IMG/VR virus record: IMGVR_UViG_3300008516_000114
Coordinates: 1 to 64,000 of that record
Strand: one strand, 5' to 3'
From: a virus
Length of the DNA stretch: 64,000 bases
Within the stretch, counting starts at the first letter, position 1; every line of letters starts with the position of its first letter. The notes under the pieces were generated by a model, which saw only the letters and a list, made by a program, of their open reading frames with translations, ran no database searches and was not told the DNA's origin. The translations under genes and the position numbers were made by a program. This document shows, in pieces, positions 18,765-28,175 of the stretch.

Positions 18765-19914
18765 ACAACAAGCTATTATAAATAATACGAAAAGGATAAA
18801 AGAATTTCGGTTTGCGAATCCAAATGCTATTGAAATTGGACGATTTAAAATTGGTGTGTATCGAACACCAAAAAGTGAGATTAATGCTGTTAAAGATAGT
18901 TATCATTTTTGTATGGTTGGTGCTTCATATTCGTCAGATGGCTTAGCTAACTTTGATGATTGGTTAATTGCAGGATTAGAGCAAAGAGGGCATAGGGTTT
19001 CTCGCCTTATTGTGAATGCTAAAATTGTACATAGATATGGTGGCATTAGGGGATTACAAGAAATCCTCCGAGTCCAGTTAAAACGTATTTATAATAATCT
19101 ACAGCCTGATATTTTCTGGGTTACTCACGGAGGTGGGCTTTGGAGTAAGGAAATGGTTGAAGATGCAAATGACGCTGGTTTGATTACCATGTTTTACGGA
19201 GTTGATGATATTGTACTCTTTGATTCTATTTCCAGACATTTAACCCCATCATTTGATCATGTTTTCACATTCCCATTTGTGAAAAGCGTTTATAAGGAAC
19301 AATTGAATATTGATACAATAGATTTCTATTTTTGTGCTAATCCTTTTGTAGTTGGGGGGCAAGAACCGAATTTAATAGAAAAAAAGAAATACGAATCTGA
19401 TATTATTCTTACAGGAAATGTACATGGAATAAGAAAATCCCCTCGTTTGATGTATCTTCTGCAATTTTATTTAGCAGGATTGGATATTAAATATTTTGGA
19501 TGCGATAATTTGAATAAGATTCCTCAAGCATCTAAGATTTGGCAGGGATATTTTCGTTCAAGAGAAGAGGAAAATAGAGCTTATAGATCATCAAAAATAT
19601 CCTTCAGCCTAACACAGCAAATTAATTGTTATGGCAAACGTTCTCAGAGTATAACATCGAAAATGCTTGATGGCGGTGCGGCAGGATGCTTGATATTGAC
19701 AAATGATTTTCCTGATTTAGCAACAGGATTTAACTCAGATGAAGTCGTGGTTTATTCCTCCGTAGAGGATGCTGTTGAGAAAGCAAAATATTATTTAGAT
19801 CATCCAAAAGAAAGAATAGAAATTGCTCAGAGAGGGCAAAAACGTTGTTTGGAAGATCATACAATAACGCAGAGGGTTAAGACAATAGAATCTTTATTAC
19901 AGAAAGGAAAATGA
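18748..19914 (+). CDS. CgeB/YkvP-like glycosyltransferase (Glyco_trans_1_2)
   Basis: YRSSKISF..., AAGCLILT, EVVVY..VEDAVEKAKYYLDHP.ER..IA..G..R.L..HT...R. Confidence 0.85.
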   Translation: MDLILEQQAIINNTKRIKEFRFANPNAIEIGRFKIGVYRTPKSEINAVKDSYHFCMVGASYSSDGLANFDDWLIAGLEQRGHRVSRLIVNAKIVHRYGGIRGLQEILRVQLKRIYNNLQPDIFWVTHGGGLWSKEMVEDANDAGLITMFYGVDDIVLFDSISRHLTPSFDHVFTFPFVKSVYKEQLNIDTIDFYFCANPFVVGGQEPNLIEKKKYESDIILTGNVHGIRKSPRLMYLLQFYLAGLDIKYFGCDNLNKIPQASKIWQGYFRSREEENRAYRSSKISFSLTQQINCYGKRSQSITSKMLDGGAAGCLILTNDFPDLATGFNSDEVVVYSSVEDAVEKAKYYLDHPKERIEIAQRGQKRCLEDHTITQRVKTIESLLQKGK

Positions 19915-21014
19915 TGAATACTTATGATTTTTATTTGAATTCCAAGCCTTTTGAAATTACGATAGTAGATGAAATTATAGATAATGCCGCAGGAACGTAT
20001 CCTTGCTATTATACGGTTAAAGATAATCAACTAATGATCTCCGGTAGTGTATATGCTTTAATAAAAGAGTTGGGGAATTTTATACAAAATAACAGAGTGC
20101 GTATAGGTAGATATGCAACTTCTTATCAGACACACGACACAAGAATAATGAGAATTCAACCATTCGAGAAAATTAATTGCGTGTGCGGAAAATTGATTAA
20201 AACAAATAATTTTACATCATCTAATAATTTAGATTTGAATGATTTCATAGATAAAGAAGCAGAGTTATTGACAGAGCATGTTAATTCAATTGAAAGACGA
20301 TATCCTGATGCTATCCATATTGCTGAAGTGGGTGGTAAGGACAGTCAAATAATATTACTGATTCCGAAGTTAAGTAAGAACTGGTATGTGTTTTCAGCGT
20401 TTCCCAATTATCCATTGGTTAAACAATTTGTTGAATTAAATAATATTGATATAAATAAATTTTATACACATTTAGGAGATGATGAATTTGAGGATAATAA
20501 ATTCATAGAAGAAAAAATCGTTGCTTTAGATGGTTTACAGCAATTACTACATCTTAGATGGGGGAAAAGCCACAGAAAGTTAGCAATCCAAGAATTTGGT
20601 GGTAAAAAGGTTATATTCTGGGATGGCGACAGTGGTGGCAATCTAAATTCTCCGCTAAATATTAACCGGTTGAAAAAAATCCAAAGGACAGAAGTAGAGT
20701 TTTTCCGGTTTTTCTGGACATGCTCACCATTACATCAGGGGGCAACTCATCAATATTATAAACAACTGGGATTGACCCGATTGGATATTTATAGTTATCC
20801 GCAATTATGGAAAGATGTTTTTATGCAATATAATCCGATTAATATTTTGAAAAAAGATATTAGAAAACAGCTTGGTGATAAAGTATTCGGGAAATCAGTT
20901 AAGTGGATAGATGAAAATCCTGCTCCTCCAGCATGGAAAGCCCAATTGAGATATGATGTTAGAAAGATATATACAGATTGCATAAAAAGGGAATTATTGA
21001 AGACAATACGATGA
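19911..21014 (+). CDS. Asparagine-synthase-like ATP pyrophosphatase / amidotransferase
   Basis: D.AGTYPCYY, GGKDS (SGGxDS-like) loop, WDGDSGG. Confidence 0.6.
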   Translation: MMNTYDFYLNSKPFEITIVDEIIDNAAGTYPCYYTVKDNQLMISGSVYALIKELGNFIQNNRVRIGRYATSYQTHDTRIMRIQPFEKINCVCGKLIKTNNFTSSNNLDLNDFIDKEAELLTEHVNSIERRYPDAIHIAEVGGKDSQIILLIPKLSKNWYVFSAFPNYPLVKQFVELNNIDINKFYTHLGDDEFEDNKFIEEKIVALDGLQQLLHLRWGKSHRKLAIQEFGGKKVIFWDGDSGGNLNSPLNINRLKKIQRTEVEFFRFFWTCSPLHQGATHQYYKQLGLTRLDIYSYPQLWKDVFMQYNPINILKKDIRKQLGDKVFGKSVKWIDENPAPPAWKAQLRYDVRKIYTDCIKRELLKTIR

Positions 21015-21178
21015 AGATAATTTTAAAGATAAGTCTTCAGGAAGTAATTCATGCAACTGATAAGAAGGAATATAAGAGAAAACGTGAGGAGTTATGGCTG
21101 AAATTAAGGAAGATGGGATTAAAGCCGTTGATTGAGGATGAGTATGAGATTAAATGAAAATAAAGAGCATATTAGAAA

Positions 21179-21730
21179 ATGAAGAAATATCAGATTATAT
21201 ATGCTGATCCGCCTTGGAATTATAGCGTAATGGGCGATGTACACGGTGGAAGAGGGCAAAATAAGCAATACGAGACTATGAGATATACAGAAATTTGCGA
21301 ACTGCCTATACAAGATATTGCGGATGATAACTGTGCCATCTTTCTATGGGCAACGTATCCAATGCTTCCAGAAGCAATGTACTTGTTACGTGCGTGGGGA
21401 TTTCGGTATAAAACAGTTGCATTCACTTGGGTAAAATTAAATAGAAAAGCACTATCTCCGTTTTTCGGAATGGGACAATGGACACGGACAAACGCAGAAA
21501 TTGTTTTGCTCGGAACAAAAGGGAAACCAAAGAGGGAAAGCAAGGCAGTTTCACAAATTATCTTCGGAGTTATTGAGGAACACAGCAAGAAACCGGATGA
21601 GGTGAGAGGTAAGATAGTTGAGTTAATGGGGGATATTCCACGGGTAGAATTATTTGCCAGAAAAAGATATGGAGGTTGGGATGCATGGGGAAATGAAGTT
21701 AAGAGCGATATTGTTTTTGAGGATATATAA
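21179..21730 (+). CDS. MT-A70 family N6-adenine methyltransferase
   Basis: IIYADPPW, FLWAT, WGF.YKT..F.WVK, HSKKP, ELFAR, WGNE. Confidence 0.93.
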   Translation: MKKYQIIYADPPWNYSVMGDVHGGRGQNKQYETMRYTEICELPIQDIADDNCAIFLWATYPMLPEAMYLLRAWGFRYKTVAFTWVKLNRKALSPFFGMGQWTRTNAEIVLLGTKGKPKRESKAVSQIIFGVIEEHSKKPDEVRGKIVELMGDIPRVELFARKRYGGWDAWGNEVKSDIVFEDI

Positions 21731-21762
21731 CATGTCAACAGATAGAAAAATAAGGAAAGAAT

Positions 21763-22956
21763 ATGGGTAAAGAAATAAAACAGATTATTAAGAAACTTGG
21801 CATGAATAAGAATATAGGATCGAGCATTAACAAAGGCTGGGCTTATCACGGATTGCCTTTTGATGATATTGATCTGCCAATACATCGGAAGGCATTAGAT
21901 AAAAGGGTGAAATTAATTCTTTCTCATTACGATATTATAGAAAAGAGTGGTATCGATCTGGGATGTAATATAGGTGGGTTTGTGTTTTCCTGTCAATTAA
22001 AAGGAGCAAAAATGATTGGATATGACTATGATTCCCAATCAATTGAATTTGCTAAAAAGATAGAAAAAATTAAAAAGACAGGTGCAATATTCTATAATAA
22101 ATCAATAACAGAGGATATATTAAATGATTTTGATAAAATAGATTTTTGTTTATGGCTCAGTCAATTCATGTGGTTGGTTAAAAGCATTGGTAAGGAAAGA
22201 TCATTATCATTTATGTATGAATTATCCAAGAAAATAAATGATGTCATGTTTTTTGAAACTTCTTTTCAAGATTCGATGGCTGGTAAAGAAATGATCAAAA
22301 TGGGGATAAAAGATAAAGATTCTGTGAGGAATTTATTAATAAATAATACGTGCTTTACTAAAATAAAATATATTGGGCATTTTGAAGATGGTTGGTCAAA
22401 ACGTCCTGTATTCAAATGCTCAAATCCGAAATTAGAATGGAATGGTGTAACCGCTAAAGTAGAAAGAATATCAAAAAAAATAGTTAAGAAAAAAATTGGA
22501 GAAGGCGGACTTGAGGGATTCAAATTTTTAGATTGTAAGGATTATGAAATTAAATCATTATTTACATTATGCTCAAAACATTTCCCTATGCTTTTGTCTA
22601 TAAGCCAAAACTCTTTAGATATGGAGTATTGTGGTATTCCTTTGACAAAAGACAATATGCCTGTTGATTATGAAGACCAGATAAAGGCAATTTTAGTGGA
22701 ATTAAGGCAAGCCAAGATTGTACACAGGGATATCAGACCAGACAATTTATTAGTAAAAGATAATATAATAAAACTAATTGATTTTGGATGGGCTATTGAA
22801 AAAGGCAAAGAAAATGAGAAATATCCTGGTGGATTGGGTTGGAAATTTAAAGCCAAAGGAGAATTTGATGATGAATACAGTTTAAGAAAGTCAATTGATT
22901 TTATACAGACCCATGCTACGCCTACGGCTACGCAGGGCAGGAAGGATAAAAAATGA
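21763..22956 (+). CDS. Methyltransferase-kinase fusion (WbdD-like architecture)
   Basis: N-terminal IDLGCNIGGF SAM motif; C-terminal HRDIRPDNLL and IDFG kinase motifs. Confidence 0.8.
   Translation: MGKEIKQIIKKLGMNKNIGSSINKGWAYHGLPFDDIDLPIHRKALDKRVKLILSHYDIIEKSGIDLGCNIGGFVFSCQLKGAKMIGYDYDSQSIEFAKKIEKIKKTGAIFYNKSITEDILNDFDKIDFCLWLSQFMWLVKSIGKERSLSFMYELSKKINDVMFFETSFQDSMAGKEMIKMGIKDKDSVRNLLINNTCFTKIKYIGHFEDGWSKRPVFKCSNPKLEWNGVTAKVERISKKIVKKKIGEGGLEGFKFLDCKDYEIKSLFTLCSKHFPMLLSISQNSLDMEYCGIPLTKDNMPVDYEDQIKAILVELRQAKIVHRDIRPDNLLVKDNIIKLIDFGWAIEKGKENEKYPGGLGWKFKAKGEFDDEYSLRKSIDFIQTHATPTATQGRKDKK
22909..22941. repeat. REP-like hairpin element, copy 4 (in CDS)
   Basis: ACCCATGCTACGCCTACGGCTACGCAGGGCAGG, encoding THATPTATQGR. 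Confidence 0.87.
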
Positions 22957-23159
22957 TTGAAAAATCAACAAACCGAAATATTAGCTCCAGCGAATTGTTA
23001 GATGCACTACAGATTGCTTGTAATGATATTGAATCACCCAAAAATGCACATCATAATCGTCGTGGATTATTAAAAGGAGTAGCATTTTCGGATGGATATT
23101 TAACGGGAAAAAGAGCAGGACTTTTAGAAGCTATAGAAATTATTAAAAAGTGCATCTAA
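22953..23159 (+). CDS. Small hypothetical protein
   Basis: AAGGA RBS; ATGA overlap with the upstream gene. Confidence 0.5.
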   Translation: MIEKSTNRNISSSELLDALQIACNDIESPKNAHHNRRGLLKGVAFSDGYLTGKRAGLLEAIEIIKKCI

Positions 23160-23193
23160 CATTGTCAATATATGGAAAATGAAGAAATAAAAC

Positions 23194-23964
23194 ATGAAAA
23201 AATTAACAATATTGATATTAACGCATAATCGGTTAGAATATACACGATTTTGTCTTGAGGCAGTGAAAAGATATACGGATTTTTCTTTGATTAAGGATGT
23301 AGTTATTGGCGATGCAGAAAGTATAGATGGTACGGAGGAATTGGTAAAAACATTTGATTTTGGAAAAACGGTAAAAACGGTATATAAAATACATGCTGGA
23401 AATATAGGATTGAATTTAGGTACAGGGGCGAAATATGCAAAAGGCGATTATATAATTATTATAGGTAGTGATATTTTAGTAGCACCGGATTATACCGAGA
23501 AAGCATTAACCACTATTCAATTAGCCCGAAAGCACGGAATTAATATTGTTGCTTACGATGATGCTGCATACAGATTGAATTTTTACGGTGAGCCAATATT
23601 ACTTGATAATGGTATCACATTGAAAAGATCACGAAATGTAGGTGGATTAGTTATCATTCCGAGAGAGAAGATGTTATTGAGAGGTGGACGTGGTCATTAT
23701 CTTGGTGATGCTAAAACGCTTTATAATGGTTGGCAAGGCTGGTACAGGGCATTTCCCAGAGAACTGGCAATGATGTTTCCAAGATTAGGATGTTTTGATA
23801 TGTTGCGAATAGTAACAAATCCGAAAGGTTTTGAATATATTGAATACCGGAAAAAAGAACCACTAGTGCAGGAATTGATTAAAGCCGATCCGATCATGCT
23901 TAATAAGAAATATATAAGAAACAGATGGGGCAGAGGTCATTCACTTGATAGGAAAAGGGATTAG
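23194..23964 (+). CDS. GT2 glycosyltransferase
   Basis: ILILTHNR, DAESIDGT, GDYIIIIGSD. Confidence 0.85.
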   Translation: MKKLTILILTHNRLEYTRFCLEAVKRYTDFSLIKDVVIGDAESIDGTEELVKTFDFGKTVKTVYKIHAGNIGLNLGTGAKYAKGDYIIIIGSDILVAPDYTEKALTTIQLARKHGINIVAYDDAAYRLNFYGEPILLDNGITLKRSRNVGGLVIIPREKMLLRGGRGHYLGDAKTLYNGWQGWYRAFPRELAMMFPRLGCFDMLRIVTNPKGFEYIEYRKKEPLVQELIKADPIMLNKKYIRNRWGRGHSLDRKRD

Positions 23965-24757
23965 GAATATAAACAGAGAGAGGACTATCTTGATAAAAAT
24001 TATTTTTAGTAATCAAGTTGACGAAGACAAGATAATTATTCCACTATGGTATCACTGGTACACAAATATTTTTAAAGCTGATAAATTACTTGTATTAGGT
24101 GCTTCTGTCAAAGGTACTACCCATACAGACTGGGTTAGGAATTTTTATAAAGATAAAACTAATGTTATTTATTCGGAGAAAGAATATAACTATTGGCATT
24201 TTCCTAGCGTTTGGGAGGATCAAGTATCCATTGTTGAATCTCATATACCGTCAAATGAAAATTATTATACGTTGATAGCAGATTGTGATGAGTTTTTTGA
24301 ACCAGTGGAAGATTGTGTTTTAGAACATAGTAGATATATTGCATATAAACAGTTAAGGTTGGGAGCGTTGGAACAGTTATCTTTAGGAAATATTATGGGT
24401 GCTGATATTTTTACTATACCTAATATAAAAGATGGGTTAATAGTTTATAAAAGTACGCCTATACGATGTGGATTAGTAAATGATATAAAAAATTTGTTTG
24501 TTGTACCAGGAGTAGCAAGAGGATCGAAATTTTCAGGATTGTATTTCTTTCATCTGCATTTTATGGGGTTGAATTGGTATGTGAAAAGATTTAAAAATAT
24601 GAGATACCCAACAGGAAGATCAAGTTATCACTGGAAGATTTATACGAAGAATATTCAAGAACGATTGTTAAAAGCAAAATATGACGAATTTCTGAATGAT
24701 ATCGATAGAAGCCAGAATATTGAATTGATAAAGAGATTTAAAGGATATTTTGAATAA
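23945..24757 (+). CDS. GT-A fold glycosyltransferase (Glyco_tranf_2_4/GT92-like)
   Basis: IIPLWYHWY, ADCDEFF (DxD), FHLHF. Confidence 0.65.
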   Translation: MIGKGIRNINRERTILIKIIFSNQVDEDKIIIPLWYHWYTNIFKADKLLVLGASVKGTTHTDWVRNFYKDKTNVIYSEKEYNYWHFPSVWEDQVSIVESHIPSNENYYTLIADCDEFFEPVEDCVLEHSRYIAYKQLRLGALEQLSLGNIMGADIFTIPNIKDGLIVYKSTPIRCGLVNDIKNLFVVPGVARGSKFSGLYFFHLHFMGLNWYVKRFKNMRYPTGRSSYHWKIYTKNIQERLLKAKYDEFLNDIDRSQNIELIKRFKGYFE

Positions 24758-24868
24758 TAGAGAGAAGATTTAATCACTAATTATCCATCAGTTGCCCGTC
24801 AGTTGCCGGATTCTCAAACCGGATGTCTTTGACACACGAATTGCACTAATTTTTAAAGAGGAGAAGAA

Positions 24869-25810
24869 ATGAAAGAGAAAAAATTACTAATCATTACATG
24901 TGTCTATAATCGCTTGCCATTGGTAAAACAATGCGTCGAAGCGGTAATACAAAATACGAATGTTTTTGAAATGTATACGAAAGGTATAAGTTGCACTTAT
25001 GCTTTAGTATATAACCATCCACCATATCTTGGTATTAAGCAATATTTAGAAGACAATTCGGGTTATCGGGGAGGTCCAGATATTAGTTGTTGTATGGATG
25101 TAAGATTATTAGACCCAGGTCGGAATTTGGGATGTCACAGGGGATTTAATTATGCTCTGGGTTATTATATATATCGCTATAAACCTGATTATATAGTGAA
25201 ATTGGATGATGATACGATTGTGCCGAAGAACTGGAATATCCCGATGATGGAAGTATTAGAGCAGGATAAAAAACTGGCATATTTATCTTCAGTAGATAAG
25301 GATGCTAAACAGGGCAAAGAGTTCTTTATTAAGAAAATCGGCAAGTATAATATAGAGATACCGAAGATTGGATGTGTTGGATTTTCCTGTGTAATGTTTC
25401 CTATCAGGTCGCTGATAGAAATAGGGACTTTGCAAACGGGTGGATTAGTGCGTATGGATGGCGATAAGATCGAGGATTCTAATCTATATGGTGGTGAAGA
25501 GATGAATTATATGGTTCGAGTAAAAGAACATCATCAATATGGTGCATATATCCAGGGGGTTGTTGCTCAACATCTGAAGAATGAAGACCGTGATATTGAT
25601 TATGTATTATGGAAATACTGGTATGGTTTTAAGGGAGCAACCAAGAAGGATTTAGTTGAATTTAAAAAAGACAAAAAAGAATTAATAAGAGGATATGAAC
25701 ACATGCTAACTATTGATAATAAATGGTGGCGTGAAACGGCTATAAAACGGTTAAAGGAATTGAAAAAGTCATTGTTTAGTAGATTATTAAGAATTAAGAA
25801 GAGACAATGA
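24869..25810 (+). CDS. GT2 glycosyltransferase
   Basis: ITCVYNR, NLGCHRGFN, KLDDD, LYGGEE. Confidence 0.85.
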   Translation: MKEKKLLIITCVYNRLPLVKQCVEAVIQNTNVFEMYTKGISCTYALVYNHPPYLGIKQYLEDNSGYRGGPDISCCMDVRLLDPGRNLGCHRGFNYALGYYIYRYKPDYIVKLDDDTIVPKNWNIPMMEVLEQDKKLAYLSSVDKDAKQGKEFFIKKIGKYNIEIPKIGCVGFSCVMFPIRSLIEIGTLQTGGLVRMDGDKIEDSNLYGGEEMNYMVRVKEHHQYGAYIQGVVAQHLKNEDRDIDYVLWKYWYGFKGATKKDLVEFKKDKKELIRGYEHMLTIDNKWWRETAIKRLKELKKSLFSRLLRIKKRQ

Positions 25811-25899
25811 CATATAAATATTAATTGAGTGCAATGATTCCATGAAAAACGGTTACTTTTCGTGAAAATTGGTTACTCAAATTATTGGAGGACAAATAG

Positions 25900-26640
25900 A
25901 TGGAAAAAGTATCAATTATAATAGTAACGTACAACCGGTTAGATATGTTGAAAAAATGTCTTGCTGGAATAAGAAAAAATACTAACTATCCTTATGAAAT
26001 GATATTAATTGATAATGGCAGTGACAGAGAGACTGCTGATTATATCGGATTACAGGGATGGATGGATGATGTTTGGGGAGTATACCGATTTGATAATAAC
26101 GCAGGTTTTGCAAGGGGATTTAGTAAAGGACTTGCAATGACAGATTGTAAGTATAGAATAATACTTAATAGCGATACAGTTCCTTATAAGGGCTGGCTTG
26201 ACAGATTGGTAAGATTTTTTGATATAAATCCAGATGTGGGAATAGTATTGCCATATACAAATTATGCTTGTAACCCTGAGATACGTTGTGATGAACAAGT
26301 CATATTTGATACTCAAACAAAATTATTAAAAGGCGATGTACCGGCAATATGCTGGATGATATCGAGAAAATGCTATAATGCAGTTTGTAATGTAATTGAA
26401 AAATTGGGTGGTGGCAATTGTTTTTTCCACAGTGATTTTGAATATGGTTGGGCAGAAGATATATTGACTTCACAAATAATAAGGAAATTGGGATTTGATA
26501 GATATGTAATAGGCAAGAGTTTCATTTATCATTTTGGAATGGCAACGCAAGCAATCCTAAAGGATACAGGTGGTTTCAGAAAAAAAAATATGGTGAAATT
26601 GAAAAAATATCTTGAAGAATTAAAGGAATTGAATTTATGA
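25900..26640 (+). CDS. GT2 glycosyltransferase
   Basis: VSIIIVTYNR, IDNGS, NAGFARG, LNSD, GWAED, YHFG. Confidence 0.92.
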   Translation: MEKVSIIIVTYNRLDMLKKCLAGIRKNTNYPYEMILIDNGSDRETADYIGLQGWMDDVWGVYRFDNNAGFARGFSKGLAMTDCKYRIILNSDTVPYKGWLDRLVRFFDINPDVGIVLPYTNYACNPEIRCDEQVIFDTQTKLLKGDVPAICWMISRKCYNAVCNVIEKLGGGNCFFHSDFEYGWAEDILTSQIIRKLGFDRYVIGKSFIYHFGMATQAILKDTGGFRKKNMVKLKKYLEELKELNL

Positions 26641-27836
26641 AAGTATTGCACTTTGTAGAAGGCGATAATGCCTGCACATATTACCGAACAACACAGCCGT
26701 GTGAGTTTATGAAATGCAGTGGTCATATTCATATAATTATACAAATTTATTGCAAATTATCGGAAAAAGATAGAGATAAGATATATAAAGTAATTCCCGA
26801 TATGGACATAATATTTTTCAATAGGTTTTTAGATTGGCAGGATTTAATAGAATTTGCAAATAAAAAGAATGTAATTACAATATATGGCACAGATGATTAT
26901 TTTGAATTTGGAGATAAAAATCCATTTGGTGCAATTGCAAAGTATAATCATTATGATCTCAGATGCCAGAATGCGGCACAATCTTGCGATGGAGTGATTG
27001 TATCTACAAAGGCTCTACAGGAGATTTTTTATAGATATAATTCAAATACCTATGTTGTACAGAACATGATAGATTATTCAATGAAGCAATGGCATAAGAA
27101 AATAAGAGGAAATGGGAAAGCGAGCAGTAGAGCAGGGGAGAGAATTGTAATAGGATATTATGGAAGCCCGACGCATTATTATGATCTTAAAGAGGCAATG
27201 CCAGCAATTACACAATTAATGCAGGAGTATCCGAATCTGGAATTTCATTATGGGGTTATACCAACAGAGGGTGTGATTTACGATTTGAATAAAGAAAGAG
27301 GTCGTTTTAAAAAAGAAGTTAATCCAAATAACTTCATGGCAATTAAATACAGGAATTTGAGTAAGGATATGCCTAACGACAGGGTTAAGTACTTAACCTA
27401 CTCATCGATAGATGAATTTGGTAAAGTATATGCAGATTTTGATATTGCTATTGCTCCACTTGCGGATACTGCAATGAATAGACATAAATCGAATCTAAAA
27501 GTTATAGAACCCGGTGGATATAATTTACCAGTAGTTTGCTCTGCTATTCGTCCATTCACAGAGACGATAAAACATGGCGTTGATGGATTTTTGGTAAACA
27601 CTCCCGATGAATGGTATGATTATCTCAAGCAATTAATTGAGAGTAAAGAATTGCGTAATACAATAGGAAAAGCATTAGGCGAAAAAGTTCTATTGAATTA
27701 TGATATTAGAAATCGCTGGCATGATTGGTTTTATACTATATTGACAATTGCAAGAATATCCGGTAAGCCATTTCGGAATATCACGGGCAAGAAATGGAGT
27801 AAAGCAAGAATATTACGCAAAAATCTATTCGGTTAG
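26637..27836 (+). CDS. GT4 (GT-B) glycosyltransferase
   Basis: YYR..QP, TDD, IGYYGSPTH, DIAIAPL...NRHKSNLKVIE, IKHGVDGFLV. Confidence 0.88.
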   Translation: MKVLHFVEGDNACTYYRTTQPCEFMKCSGHIHIIIQIYCKLSEKDRDKIYKVIPDMDIIFFNRFLDWQDLIEFANKKNVITIYGTDDYFEFGDKNPFGAIAKYNHYDLRCQNAAQSCDGVIVSTKALQEIFYRYNSNTYVVQNMIDYSMKQWHKKIRGNGKASSRAGERIVIGYYGSPTHYYDLKEAMPAITQLMQEYPNLEFHYGVIPTEGVIYDLNKERGRFKKEVNPNNFMAIKYRNLSKDMPNDRVKYLTYSSIDEFGKVYADFDIAIAPLADTAMNRHKSNLKVIEPGGYNLPVVCSAIRPFTETIKHGVDGFLVNTPDEWYDYLKQLIESKELRNTIGKALGEKVLLNYDIRNRWHDWFYTILTIARISGKPFRNITGKKWSKARILRKNLFG

Positions 27837-27839
27837 ATT

Positions 27840-28019
27840 ATGGGTTTTCGTAAGAGTAAAGAATTATCAAGGCGCAATAAAGATATATTGGAAGAATATA
27901 TTCGGTATTGCAAGGAAGGGAAATTGCAAGATAAAGAAATTATAAAGAGACTGGCTAAGAAATTTTATCTTGCAGAGAGGACTATTGAGAATATTGTGTC
28001 ATTGAGGAATGATTTGTGA
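27840..28019 (+). CDS. Mor/C-like small HTH transcription regulator (59 aa, not in ORF track)
   Basis: RNKDILEEY...LAKKFYLAERTIENIV matches the Mor-family pattern RN..I......LA.KY.LS..TI..I. Confidence 0.65.
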   Translation: MGFRKSKELSRRNKDILEEYIRYCKEGKLQDKEIIKRLAKKFYLAERTIENIVSLRNDL

Positions 28020-28074
28020 ATATTTGAATATGTGAAAATAAAATTATAATATAAAATATCAGATAACTTGAAGC

Positions 28075-28096
28075 CCCGATTATATCGGGTTTTTTT
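28075..28096 (+). terminator. Intrinsic terminator closing the glycosylation block
   Basis: CCCGAT-TAT-ATCGGG followed by a T run. Confidence 0.75.
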
Positions 28097-28111
28097 ATTT
28101 TCAGATACAGA

Positions 28112-28175
28112 AAATATTGCACAATATATTGTATTTTCCCCTTTAAGGGGAAAGTATATTGTATAAAATGTTATA
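28112..28175 (+). promoter_or_regulatory. Palindrome-rich regulatory region upstream of the head operon
   Basis: ACAATATATTGT (28121-32), TTTCCCCTT-T-AAGGGGAAA (28135-53), repeated ATATTG. Confidence 0.5.

Noticed and set aside
21220-21885. 221-aa minus-strand ORF
   Set aside because: Antisense shadow of the clear MT-A70 gene; no motifs
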